Shown here: positions 9,192 through 17,578 of the stretch, one piece after another
Layout: each line of letters opens with the position of its first letter
Numbering within the stretch: the stretch's first letter is position 1
Assembly (NCBI GenBank): GCA_026397405.1
Contig: JAPLUW010000001.1
Coordinates: forward strand, 407,064 to 471,063
Direction of reading: 5' to 3'
DNA length: 64,000 nt
Source of the DNA: Candidatus Adlerbacteria bacterium
Lineage (GTDB): Bacteria; Patescibacteriota; Minisyncoccia; Phycocordibacterales; SBAW01
Translations under genes and position numbers: made by a program
The notes under the pieces: model-generated
Told to the model about the DNA's origin: nothing
Databases searched by the model: none
What the model saw: only the letters and a program-made list of their open reading frames with translations

Positions 9192-10232
9192 TTAATGCAC
9201 TACTACTGTGGCGCTTATAGTTGCCTGCTGGCCCGTGTCGTTTGAAACAGTAAATGTTGGGTGGTAGGTGCCAGCGGTAACATACATGTGGGTAAATGTT
9301 GCTGATGTTTGTATTGGTTGCCCATTTGCAACTGCGGCATAGGCGTAGGTAGTTTCGTCACCCCACACGCTCTGGTAGTGGAGGTTGGCGCCGTTTACAT
9401 AATTTTGCAAGGTTGCGCGGACTGTCCATGTGCCTGTTTGCCCGACAATCAACTGCGGGGGAGCATCAATACCGCTAATCACAGGTGTTTGGTTTTGTGC
9501 GCTCTGGTCAGTGACATAGAAGTTTACAGTATTGCTTGTGCCGTTTTGGTTTTGTACGTACACCTGATAGGCCCCGGGTGTAGTAGGGCGGACCCACAAG
9601 GCCGAGACTTCGGACGACATTGCACAATATGCGCCTGGCGGGCAGTTGGGAGATATATATTGTGGAACAGTAAATGTCAGTGTCGTTCCGTTGTTTGAAT
9701 ACACAGCGTCAAGCGCTTTGCCGCCAAAGTATACGGTGTTTGTTCCGTACAACCCTGACCCATACAAGGTGACAACTGTTCCAATAGGCCCGCTCTGGGG
9801 CGACATAGTTTGTACAGACACTTGTTGTACAGGAGGCACGGGTTGCGGCTGTGGGTATGGATACGGCGGGTAGGTAGTGGTTGTACAACCTATCTGTCCA
9901 AATACGCCGCGGGTCATCACACCTACATACCCTGTCCGCGGGAGGCCGTGCGCTGCTTGGAAGTTTTGTACTGCACGGAACGTGAGCGGCCCAAAAATAC
10001 CAATGGGCGAATAGGGGAAGTATCCTTGAGTAGAAAGAAACGCCTGCAAGTTAGTGACATCGGCATTTTGTAACCCCAAATATAGATTGTTGTAAAACAC
10101 TGGGCATGTCGTTGGTGCAGGCGCATATATAAGGTTAGGAGCCTGTGCAAGTGCGGCATAGGTAGGCAACAAAAGCCCTGCCATAAGTGTAACTGCAACC
10201 ACAGTGCGCTTTACGTTTACGCTTAGAGTCAT
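9192..10232 (-). CDS. secreted peptidoglycan-binding domain protein with Pro-rich linker and C-terminal beta domain
   Basis: Signal peptide ...AALAQA. PG_binding_1-like segment LQAFLSTQGYFPYSPIGIFGPLTFRAVQNFQAAHGLPRTGYV. PYPYPQPQPVPP linker. Confidence 0.65.
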   Translation of the reverse strand: MTLSVNVKRTVVAVTLMAGLLLPTYAALAQAPNLIYAPAPTTCPVFYNNLYLGLQNADVTNLQAFLSTQGYFPYSPIGIFGPLTFRAVQNFQAAHGLPRTGYVGVMTRGVFGQIGCTTTTYPPYPYPQPQPVPPVQQVSVQTMSPQSGPIGTVVTLYGSGLYGTNTVYFGGKALDAVYSNNGTTLTFTVPQYISPNCPPGAYCAMSSEVSALWVRPTTPGAYQVYVQNQNGTSNTVNFYVTDQSAQNQTPVISGIDAPPQLIVGQTGTWTVRATLQNYVNGANLHYQSVWGDETTYAYAAVANGQPIQTSATFTHMYVTAGTYHPTFTVSNDTGQQATISATVVVH

Positions 10233-10296
10233 AGACTGGTGATGACGGGCCGCACTTGTCCTGCTTACACTACAGCAATGTTGTATACTAGTAGGT

Positions 10297-10599
10297 ATGT
10301 ATACACATCACTATGGGATGGATCAGAGCTTTTTTATCAACTTGCCGTTTTGGTCGTCTCCGTTGTTTGGGTTAGTGGCAGTAGCCGCACTGTGGTCGCT
10401 TGTGTGGAAAGGTTTGGGGTTGTGGCACGCAAGCCGTAATGGCCAGCCGTGGTGGTTTATGGCTATCTTTGTTGTTAACACTGCTGGGATCTTGGAGATA
10501 TTCTACTTGTTTTTTGTGGCAAAGCTCAAGTTTGACCAGCTCTTTACCAAGGGTAATTCGCACGCACACGTTCACCCTCATCACGACCACACGCACTAA
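10297..10599 (+). CDS. small membrane protein with His-rich C-terminus (hypothetical)
   Basis: 100 aa with two TM helices and a C-terminal HAHVHPHHDHTH tail. It lies immediately upstream of lexA. Confidence 0.5.
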   Translation: MYTHHYGMDQSFFINLPFWSSPLFGLVAVAALWSLVWKGLGLWHASRNGQPWWFMAIFVVNTAGILEIFYLFFVAKLKFDQLFTKGNSHAHVHPHHDHTH

Positions 10600-10625
10600 A
10601 CTTATCCACATGCATTAGTGTATCT

Positions 10626-10664
10626 TGTGTATTAATTACACAAAAAGTTGATACACTAGTGTAT
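10626..10664. promoter_or_regulatory. candidate LexA operator: two adjacent palindromes TGTGTATTAATTACACA and ATACACTAGTGTAT overlapping the lexA start
   Basis: Perfect inverted repeats at 10626..10642 and 10651..10664, directly upstream of and overlapping the lexA start codon region. Confidence 0.45.
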
Positions 10665-11330
10665 ATGTATATCCAAAACCTTTTAACGTTCAAGCAGCAA
10701 CGGGTGCTTAATGTGGTGCGGGAATATCTCCGGACAGAAAATATGTCCCCAACGCTCGAACAGCTTCGTGAAAGTTTGGGGTTTAGTTCGCTCCGCACGG
10801 TCACGCAATACTTGGACATTTTAGAGCGCAAAGGCTACATCGTCCGCCGCAAAAACGCCGCACGTAATATCGAACTGCGCAACGTCGACGGGGCGTGGGG
10901 GACAGTGAGCATTCCCGTTATAGCAAACGTTGGCTGCGACGATCTTTCGGTGTTTGCCCAGCAGGAGGTGGACGAATTTTTAGAAGTCGACAAGCGTATT
11001 GTTGAAGAGGAGGACGGCGACATTGTCGCGGTGCGGGCAATTGGCGACAGTATGAACGATGCAGGCATCAACACCGGCGACTACGTTCTTATCCGCTTTA
11101 CCGACCACGCAGAAACTGGCGACCGTGTGGCTGCCATTGTTAACGACATGGTCACAGTTAAACGGCTCGAAAAACGCGACGGCATGACAATACTCTGGCC
11201 CGAGTCGAAAGACCCTAAATTTAAGCCTATTATCCTTAAAGAAGACTTTAAAATTGCCGGCAAAGTGCTGTGCGTGATACCTGCCCCACAGATGGAGGTC
11301 ACCGAAGTGGTGCCCTTGCCCGAATGGTAG
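10659..11330 (+). CDS. lexA: LexA repressor (S24 peptidase)
   Basis: N-terminal winged-helix LexA DNA-binding domain. C-terminal S24 domain with catalytic Ser (GDSM) and Lys (TVKRL). The track start at 10659 is GTG, and an ATG follows 6 nt later. Confidence 0.9.
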   Translation: MYMYIQNLLTFKQQRVLNVVREYLRTENMSPTLEQLRESLGFSSLRTVTQYLDILERKGYIVRRKNAARNIELRNVDGAWGTVSIPVIANVGCDDLSVFAQQEVDEFLEVDKRIVEEEDGDIVAVRAIGDSMNDAGINTGDYVLIRFTDHAETGDRVAAIVNDMVTVKRLEKRDGMTILWPESKDPKFKPIILKEDFKIAGKVLCVIPAPQMEVTEVVPLPEW

Positions 11331-11445
11331 CTCTGGCCTAGCTTGGCCCAGGCCCTTTGACAAGAAAGCTCTTCTGTAGTAGGCTTACCCTTGTCTAGAA
11401 GACTAAGAAACGAGGTCGGGTTTCTAACAAGAAAAACAAAACAAT

Positions 11446-11643
11446 ATGACAGGAACAATCAAAACGCTTACGGACCGTGGATTCGGATTCATCTCTCGCG
11501 AAGGCGAGGCGAAGGATCTCTTTTTTCACTCCAAAGAGTTGCAGGGAGTAACTTTTGACGAACTTAAAGTTGGCGATGTAGTCAGCTTTGAAGTCGCTCA
11601 GGGTGAAAAAGGCCCAAGTGCTGTAAACGTATCTCGCGCCTAA
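11446..11643 (+). CDS. cold-shock protein (CspA family)
   Basis: 65 aa with the RNP motifs of a cold-shock domain: GFGFI and DLFFH (variant of the VFVHF RNP-2 motif). Long 5' UTR. Terminator at 11667..11704. Confidence 0.9.
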   Translation: MTGTIKTLTDRGFGFISREGEAKDLFFHSKELQGVTFDELKVGDVVSFEVAQGEKGPSAVNVSRA

Positions 11644-11666
11644 TGTAGGCGAGGGAAACCTCGACA

Positions 11667-11704
11667 AAAGCCGCTCACGCTGTAAAGCTGGAGCGGCTTT
11701 TGTG
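11667..11704 (+). terminator. rho-independent terminator
   Basis: AAAAGCCGCTC...GAGCGGCTTTT hairpin after csp. Confidence 0.65.
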
Positions 11705-11728
11705 CTGCCAAAAAGCTATACTGTCTGT

Positions 11729-12415
11729 ATGAAGGTGTGGATAAACCGAATATTCCTTGTTTTGTTTTCGGGCTTTATAGTGTGTGCTGGGATAATTGCC
11801 TATGCAGACATTGTTACAGCGCCGTTTATATATTCCGCAACAGAAACACCGCCACATGCAGAAGTTGCATTGGTGCTGGGCGCTTCTGTTTCATCAAGCG
11901 GGAAGCTTTCGGCAGTGATGGCAGAGCGTGCCGACAAGGCGGTCCAGCTGTACAAAGCAAAAACAGTAGAAAAAATTTTAGTAACAGGAGACAACAGTAC
12001 TCTTTCGTACGATGAGGTCTACCCAGTTGGAAAATATTTACTTATACAAGGAGTGCCTGAAGAAGATATATTCCTAGATTACGCAGGGTTTGACACCTAC
12101 AGCAGTATGTACCGCGCACGCGAAGTGTTTGACGTTACCTCGGTGGTTGTAGTTTCTCAAGCGTTCCATTTGCGCCGCGCTGTATTTATCGCGCGTTCGC
12201 TTGGGCTCGATGCCACCGGCATCGACGCATCCCGAGGAGAAAGATATGTGTGGTACACAATGCGCGAAATCCCTGCATCTATTAAAGCAGTTCTCGACCT
12301 GTGGTCGAAGCGGGTGCCAAAATATTTAGGTGTACAATTTCCAGTTGGGGGTGACGGCTCAACAACCTGGGTTGGGAGCAGTGCACAGATGATATATTTC
12401 CAAAATCAAAACTAA
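11729..12415 (+). CDS. SanA/ElyC/YdcF family (DUF218) membrane-anchored protein
   Basis: N-terminal TM helix. DUF218 core VALVLGASV...ILVTGDN...[13 protein letters not shown]. Start placed at ATG 11729, downstream of the csp terminator. Confidence 0.8.
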   Translation: MKVWINRIFLVLFSGFIVCAGIIAYADIVTAPFIYSATETPPHAEVALVLGASVSSSGKLSAVMAERADKAVQLYKAKTVEKILVTGDNSTLSYDEVYPVGKYLLIQGVPEEDIFLDYAGFDTYSSMYRAREVFDVTSVVVVSQAFHLRRAVFIARSLGLDATGIDASRGERYVWYTMREIPASIKAVLDLWSKRVPKYLGVQFPVGGDGSTTWVGSSAQMIYFQNQN

Positions 12416-12417
12416 AT

Positions 12418-12795
12418 ATGAACGACGAAGAATTTAAACAAAAATTAACGGAAGAGCAGTACAAAGTGTTGCGCGAAAAGGGAACCGAAGCCCCGTTTTC
12501 GGGAAAATTTGTGCATGAAAAACGCGACGGCATGTACACCTGTGTAGCGTGCGGAAATGTGTTATTTGCTTCGGATACTAAGTTTGACTCAGGTACCGGG
12601 TGGCCGTCGTTTGCAGACGCCTTGCCTGGTTCCACAAAAATTATAGATGACACATCGCACGGCATGCACCGGCAGGAGGTAGTGTGTGCCAACTGCGGTT
12701 CGCATTTGGGGCACGTGTTTGACGATGGTCCGACCGGTACAGGTAAACGCTACTGTATCAACTCGGTGTGTCTTGACTTGGAGGAAAAAAAGTAA
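12418..12795 (+). CDS. msrB: peptide-methionine (R)-S-oxide reductase MsrB
   Basis: Two CxxC pairs (CVACGN, CANCGS) and the catalytic region GWPSF...[10 protein letters not shown]. Confidence 0.92.
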   Translation: MNDEEFKQKLTEEQYKVLREKGTEAPFSGKFVHEKRDGMYTCVACGNVLFASDTKFDSGTGWPSFADALPGSTKIIDDTSHGMHRQEVVCANCGSHLGHVFDDGPTGTGKRYCINSVCLDLEEKK

Positions 12796-12842
12796 GGTAT
12801 ACTTTCTGATATACAAGTGTTTACGAAATAATTATATAAAAT

Positions 12843-13127
12843 ATGTCGAAAGTATTTAAATGGGTTATTGCGGTTGTTGTTATTGTGGTTCTTGGGCTCC
12901 TCGTCTGGAGAAGCGGGTGGCTCACGTCGGTTAAGCCCGGTATGCAAACAAACACGCAAGGCACTAAAGCTCCTGCTGCTCCAAAAAACGGCATGAGTGC
13001 GTCAAACGATGCCTCTGATGCAGCTCTTGTACAGGACAGTGCAGCAATAGACAGCCAAATGCAAGGCTATTCGACCGACTCTGCGGCTGTCGACTCGGGG
13101 CTTGGTGACAAGTCAATAGGCCAATAA
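12843..13127 (+). CDS. membrane-anchored hypothetical protein; paralog of 8573..9130
   Basis: N-terminus MSKVFKWVIAVVVIVVLGLLVWRSGW parallels MSKTKWVAAVVIVVVLVAAYVMWKGN. Confidence 0.55.
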   Translation: MSKVFKWVIAVVVIVVLGLLVWRSGWLTSVKPGMQTNTQGTKAPAAPKNGMSASNDASDAALVQDSAAIDSQMQGYSTDSAAVDSGLGDKSIGQ

Positions 13128-13163
13128 TTTCTATTATCATTAATACTTCGCATATATAATTCT

Positions 13164-13955
13164 ATGAAAAAAAATATTCTCGTAGCTCTTTCACTGCTCG
13201 GGTTTAGCGTTGCCCTTGCGCCTGTCCTTGCCTCTGCTGCAACAGCAGTAACCACAAGCGCGAATATTACAACACCAGTTGCAACAGTAACTATGAGCGC
13301 AAGTGCCATGGCAGCTGCTAAGGCGCGCGGCGACAAAGAGCTTGACCGCCGTATCGCTGCACTCACCGACGTAAATGCACGCATCCAAACCATGCAAAAG
13401 GTGACCGACGCGTTTAAGCAAAACTTGGCAACAAATATTCAAACACAGATAACAGGCTTCGCTGCTCTTAAATCAAAAATTCAAGCTGACACCGACGCAG
13501 GTGTGTTGAAAGCGGATGTTACGTCAATAACCCAGTCGTATCGCGTCTACGCGCTGATACTCCCACAGGTGCGCATTGCCGCCGCTGCCGACCGCGGAGT
13601 GCTCATTGCTGAAATGATGACAACGCTTGGTAACAAACTTGCGGCGCGTATCCAGGCTGCTGGCAAGGGTGGGGCTGATGTTACTGCCATGACAGCTTCT
13701 TTGAACGATCTTGGTGCAAAGATCTCTGACGCAAGTACTCAAGCACAAGCCTCTGTTTCGACAAGTGCAGCACTTACACCAGACCGTGGTGACAAAACAA
13801 AGATGGCATCAAATACTGCAACGCTAGCAAAAGCACGCGCTAACTTGGCTGCAGTAGAAAAAGACTTCCTGGCAGCACGTAAAGACATCGACAGTATTAT
13901 GAAAGGTCTTAAGGCTGCAGCAAGCGCAACTACAAACACGACAGTAAGTCACTAA
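13164..13955 (+). CDS. secreted Ala-rich coiled-coil protein (hypothetical)
   Basis: Signal peptide MKKNILVALSLLGFSVALAPVLASA. Highly A/T/K-rich and helical. Confidence 0.6.
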   Translation: MKKNILVALSLLGFSVALAPVLASAATAVTTSANITTPVATVTMSASAMAAAKARGDKELDRRIAALTDVNARIQTMQKVTDAFKQNLATNIQTQITGFAALKSKIQADTDAGVLKADVTSITQSYRVYALILPQVRIAAAADRGVLIAEMMTTLGNKLAARIQAAGKGGADVTAMTASLNDLGAKISDASTQAQASVSTSAALTPDRGDKTKMASNTATLAKARANLAAVEKDFLAARKDIDSIMKGLKAAASATTNTTVSH

Positions 13956-13973
13956 CAGCTCAACTTTTACACA

Positions 13974-14693
13974 ATGGCACTTCTTATCGGTCTTGCAGCA
14001 TTTTGCTCAACACTGGTGGGAGGTGTTGTTGCGTTTAGGTTACGCGACCGCCTCCATTTAATTTTAGGTTTTAGTGCGGGGGCCGTTATCGCCGTTGCAT
14101 TCTTCGACCTAATACCCGAAGCGCTCGAACTCGGCGGCCAAAGTCACGAACTTAAAACAGTTGTGGCATTTGTGGCCCTCGGGTTTTTGTTGTATCTGCT
14201 GCTCGACAGGCTCTTGTTGTTGCACAGCGGCAGTCACGAAGACGGTGACGAACATACGCATGCGCGCGGGGCTTTGCGTGCGGGTTCGCTTTCGGTCCAC
14301 AGTTTTTTGGACGGCATTGGTATAGGTTTGGCATTCCAGGTTTCCCCGACAGTTGGTTTTATTGTTGCTGCGGCAGTGTTGACACACGATTTTTCTGACG
14401 GTATTAACACCGTCAATGTTGTGGTGCGCCATGGCGGCAAACGCTCGCAGGCACTACGTTGGTTAGTTGTCGACGCGCTTGCGCCTGTTGTTGGTATTAC
14501 GGCGACACTCTTTTTTACTGTTTCGCAAAGTATACTCGGATTGTTGCTGGCGATGTTTGCTGGGTTTTTTCTCTATATTGGTGCGTCTGACCTTATACCC
14601 GAAAGTCATCACGTACATCCAACCTTTTGGACAACGTTTATGACCCTTGTAGGCGCCCTCGTGCTCTACGTGGCAATTACTATCGCAGGCTAG
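13974..14693 (+). CDS. zupT: ZIP family metal (zinc) transporter
   Basis: Multi-TM protein. ZIP signature HSFLDGIGIGLAF. Metal-binding His-rich loop HSGSHEDGDEHTHAR. LTHDFSDGIN. Confidence 0.85.
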   Translation: MALLIGLAAFCSTLVGGVVAFRLRDRLHLILGFSAGAVIAVAFFDLIPEALELGGQSHELKTVVAFVALGFLLYLLLDRLLLLHSGSHEDGDEHTHARGALRAGSLSVHSFLDGIGIGLAFQVSPTVGFIVAAAVLTHDFSDGINTVNVVVRHGGKRSQALRWLVVDALAPVVGITATLFFTVSQSILGLLLAMFAGFFLYIGASDLIPESHHVHPTFWTTFMTLVGALVLYVAITIAG

Positions 14694-14804
14694 TGCGCCC
14701 GTAGAGAGGACTTGCATTTTTTTAAATTAGTGGTAAGATAGGTCCAGATTGGGCGTGGGCGCTATTTTATTTGAAGCCGTATTGTTAATTAAGCCTTATT
14801 CTAT

Positions 14805-15731
14805 ATGACATTTTCCCGTGCCGCTCTCGTCGCTGTAGTACTCGCACTCGCATCATATGCGGTGCCTTTTGTGTCTTCGGCCGACACCGCACCATATTCT
14901 GAAGTTGTAATAACAACCAGACTTGCTGCAGGTGTTTCAACCCCAATTGTCTCCCCAATTGTTACCGTTACTGCAACCGTACCGACCATGTACGGCGCTA
15001 CAAACAACGGCTCGTCACAGTTGTACTACCAGTCAAACTTTGCAAACGACACTCGGTATGTAACGTTTGTGCCGGGTAGTTACAATGTGTCTATAACAGA
15101 CTCAAACTATTATTTTACCTATTCTCCTGACTGTTCGGGTTTTACACCGCTTGGTGGTGCAATAAAAACCTGCACCGTTACGCTTTCAACAACACCACAA
15201 CTGAGCAATCCATGCACAGGTATTTGGTATGGGACAGCGGGGTGCCCAGCACCAATTGTGGCCTACGCAGGTGGCTCGTACGTGCCGACACACCTTTCCT
15301 GCACACCAAACTACCAGAGCATTGGCGCAGGACAGGCTGCAACTTTTACCGCAACAGGTGGCACACCTGGCGGGTATAATTGGTCCACTGCAGACCGCAC
15401 CTTCTTGAATGTTGGCGCGCAGCTCACAACCGTGTTCCAGACTATGGGCACACAAACGGTCAACGTTTCAAACGGTGTACAAAACGCAACCTGCACCGTC
15501 GCCATTAACTCAACCGGAGGTGCGATAACCTACAGTGGTAGTTCAAATGCTTCGGCAACAACGTACAGCGGTGCTGCGTCTGTCGTACAAAACTATGTCC
15601 CTGCATATCTGCCAAACACTGGCTTTGGCCCACAAAACGGGACAGTCTTTGCACTTATTGCAGTCTTGCTCATGAGCGCAGGAGTATTCTTCTTCCCGTA
15701 TGTCAGAAAAGCACTTGCTATTATCGGCTAG
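14805..15731 (+). CDS. LPXTG-anchored cell-surface protein (sortase substrate)
   Basis: N-terminal signal peptide. Thr/Ser-rich beta domain. C-terminal LPNTG, then hydrophobic segment ALIAVLLMSAGVFFF, then a basic tail (RK). Confidence 0.75.
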   Translation: MTFSRAALVAVVLALASYAVPFVSSADTAPYSEVVITTRLAAGVSTPIVSPIVTVTATVPTMYGATNNGSSQLYYQSNFANDTRYVTFVPGSYNVSITDSNYYFTYSPDCSGFTPLGGAIKTCTVTLSTTPQLSNPCTGIWYGTAGCPAPIVAYAGGSYVPTHLSCTPNYQSIGAGQAATFTATGGTPGGYNWSTADRTFLNVGAQLTTVFQTMGTQTVNVSNGVQNATCTVAINSTGGAITYSGSSNASATTYSGAASVVQNYVPAYLPNTGFGPQNGTVFALIAVLLMSAGVFFFPYVRKALAIIG

Positions 15732-16380
15732 CACAAGCGTAGTGCCGGTATCTCCACATACCTATACCCGACTGTTGTTCTCACTTGTGGGAGTAGCGGT
15801 TGTGCTTGTTGGTGCTGCTAACATACTTTCGCGTGTGGCTGGCACTACACTTGAGGGCAGTGCAGTACAGACTGCCTTTGCGCCAGCTGCGTCACTTTTG
15901 CTTTTGCCTGCAGGTGTTGCAACCACAACGCCGCTTACGCCGGCTCGTATAAAAATCCCAAGCATTGGTGTTGATGCTGTTGTTGAACATGTAGGGCGAA
16001 AAACCGACGGCTCTATGGCAACTCCGGCAGCGTTTGGAAATGTCGGATGGTACGAGCTTGGTGCACAGCCGGGGATGCCGGGCAACGCTGTTTTTGCTGG
16101 TCACGTAAACAATGCACTTACAAAGTCGGGAGTGTTCGAACATCTCTCCGATGTAAAAGTTGGCGACTATGTAACTGTTGCAGACGCTGCAGGCAAAACG
16201 CTTGTGTATGTTGTCACAGAAACCGACCAGTACCCGGCCGAACAAGCGCCCGCAACATCAATATTTTCACCAAATGGCCCAACACAACTTGTGCTTATTA
16301 CCTGTGACGGCGCGTGGGATGCCGCTGCACATTCCTACGATAAACGTTTTGTTGTCTACGCACGGCTCACCGCGCGTTAG
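15700..16380 (+). CDS. sortase (class E-like cysteine transpeptidase)
   Basis: N-terminal TM anchor. Conserved His (VFAGHVNN), catalytic Cys in LVLITCDG, Arg near the C-terminus. Overlaps the 3' end of the LPNTG-protein gene by 32 nt. Confidence 0.85.
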   Translation: MSEKHLLLSASTSVVPVSPHTYTRLLFSLVGVAVVLVGAANILSRVAGTTLEGSAVQTAFAPAASLLLLPAGVATTTPLTPARIKIPSIGVDAVVEHVGRKTDGSMATPAAFGNVGWYELGAQPGMPGNAVFAGHVNNALTKSGVFEHLSDVKVGDYVTVADAAGKTLVYVVTETDQYPAEQAPATSIFSPNGPTQLVLITCDGAWDAAAHSYDKRFVVYARLTAR

Positions 16381-16531
16381 CAGGTAGGGGACTAGTCCAA
16401 TTGCGTTTTACACGGCACCATGTTTTACTAGGGTCGTTCGAGTAAGTTCTCCACTGGTCCCGGCGTTTGCGGAAAAGTTAGGAGGGTCGTCTTACGAGAC
16501 ACTTTGTTAATTAGTTTTGTAATCGTACACT

Positions 16532-16786
16532 ATGGCACGCAAATTGTTCATCGGTGGCCTTCCATACCGCACAACGGGAGATGAGCTCCGGGACGCGTTC
16601 GCGCAGGCTGGCGAAGTTGCTTCGGCATCTATCGTCACCGACCGCGAGACTGGTCGCTCACGCGGCTTTGGCTTCGTAGAAATGGCAGATGATATGGGTG
16701 CTGACGCAGCTATTGCTATGTGGAATGGCAAAGACTTCGGAGGCCGCATGCTCACCGTTTCTGACGCTCGCCCAAAAGCAGAGTAA
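16532..16786 (+). CDS. RRM-type RNA-binding protein
   Basis: RNP-2 LFIGGL and RNP-1 RGFGFVEM. 84 aa. Confidence 0.9.
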   Translation: MARKLFIGGLPYRTTGDELRDAFAQAGEVASASIVTDRETGRSRGFGFVEMADDMGADAAIAMWNGKDFGGRMLTVSDARPKAE

Positions 16787-16804
16787 TCTAACTTTGCTTT
16801 AGAC

Positions 16805-16832
16805 AAAAAACCTCCCGAGTGGGAGGTTTTTT
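16805..16832 (+). terminator. rho-independent terminator
   Basis: AAAAAACCTCCCGAGTGGGAGGTTTTTT. Confidence 0.7.
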
Positions 16833-16846
16833 GTTATTATGGGCGC

Positions 16847-17578
16847 GTGCTAAAAGAATTAAAAAAGTTTTATAAAATACAGGGCCGGCATGACTTACCG
16901 TGGCGGAAGACTCGCGACCCGTACAAAATTTTAGTGTCAGAATTGATGTTGCAACAAACACAAGTTGCCCGGGTGTTGCTAAAATACAAACAGTTTTTGA
17001 AAGTATTTCCTACGTTTAAGAGTTTGGCAGAAGCCCCACTTTCTAAAGTGCTAGGCGAGTGGCAAGGGCTTGGGTACAACCGCCGGGCAAAGTTTTTACA
17101 GCAAACTGCCAAAATAATTACCGAACAGTATAAAGGGAAGTTTCCAAAAGATATTTTAGAAATAGAGAAACTTCCTGGCATTGGCCCCTACACCGCGCGA
17201 GCTATTTCTACGTTTGCGTTTAATAACCTAGAAGTATTTATCGAAACAAACATCCGTACCGTTTTTACACACCACTACTTCTCGGAAAAAATATCAAGGT
17301 TAAACCTTGATACAAAGATTGCCGACACAGAGATAATGCCGCTTATAGAGCGCGATCTGAAGAAGTCTAAGATGGAGCCGCGTGATTTTTATGCGGCTTT
17401 GATGGACTACGGCTCGCACTTAAAAACTTCGGGTGTTCGTATCAACAGTAAAAGTAAACATTACACCAAGCAAAGTAAGTTCGAAGGCTCTACACGCCAA
17501 AAACGTGCAGCAAAATTGCGCCAACTCCTAGAAGCTGGCGCATCTGATGCTGAGTTAGCAAAACTCCTACACTCCTAA
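16847..17578 (+). CDS. HhH-GPD superfamily DNA glycosylase (EndoIII/MutY-like, no Fe-S cysteine cluster visible)
   Basis: HhH motif LPGIGPYTARAI. Pseudo-HhH LMLQQTQV. No C-terminal Cys-X6-C-X2-C-X5-C cluster. Confidence 0.75.
   Translation: MLKELKKFYKIQGRHDLPWRKTRDPYKILVSELMLQQTQVARVLLKYKQFLKVFPTFKSLAEAPLSKVLGEWQGLGYNRRAKFLQQTAKIITEQYKGKFPKDILEIEKLPGIGPYTARAISTFAFNNLEVFIETNIRTVFTHHYFSEKISRLNLDTKIADTEIMPLIERDLKKSKMEPRDFYAALMDYGSHLKTSGVRINSKSKHYTKQSKFEGSTRQKRAAKLRQLLEAGASDAELAKLLHS

Noticed and set aside
10602-10610. Perfect DnaA box TTATCCACA upstream of lexA
   Set aside because: A single 9-mer is expected about 0.5 times by chance in 64 kb on two strands. There is no cluster and no AT-rich unwinding element nearby.
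16388-16397. GGACTAGTCC palindrome after the sortase gene and ACTAGT-containing palindromes near lexA
   Set aside because: The shared ACTAGT core is too short to claim a common element. The lexA-proximal palindromes are reported separately as a candidate operator.
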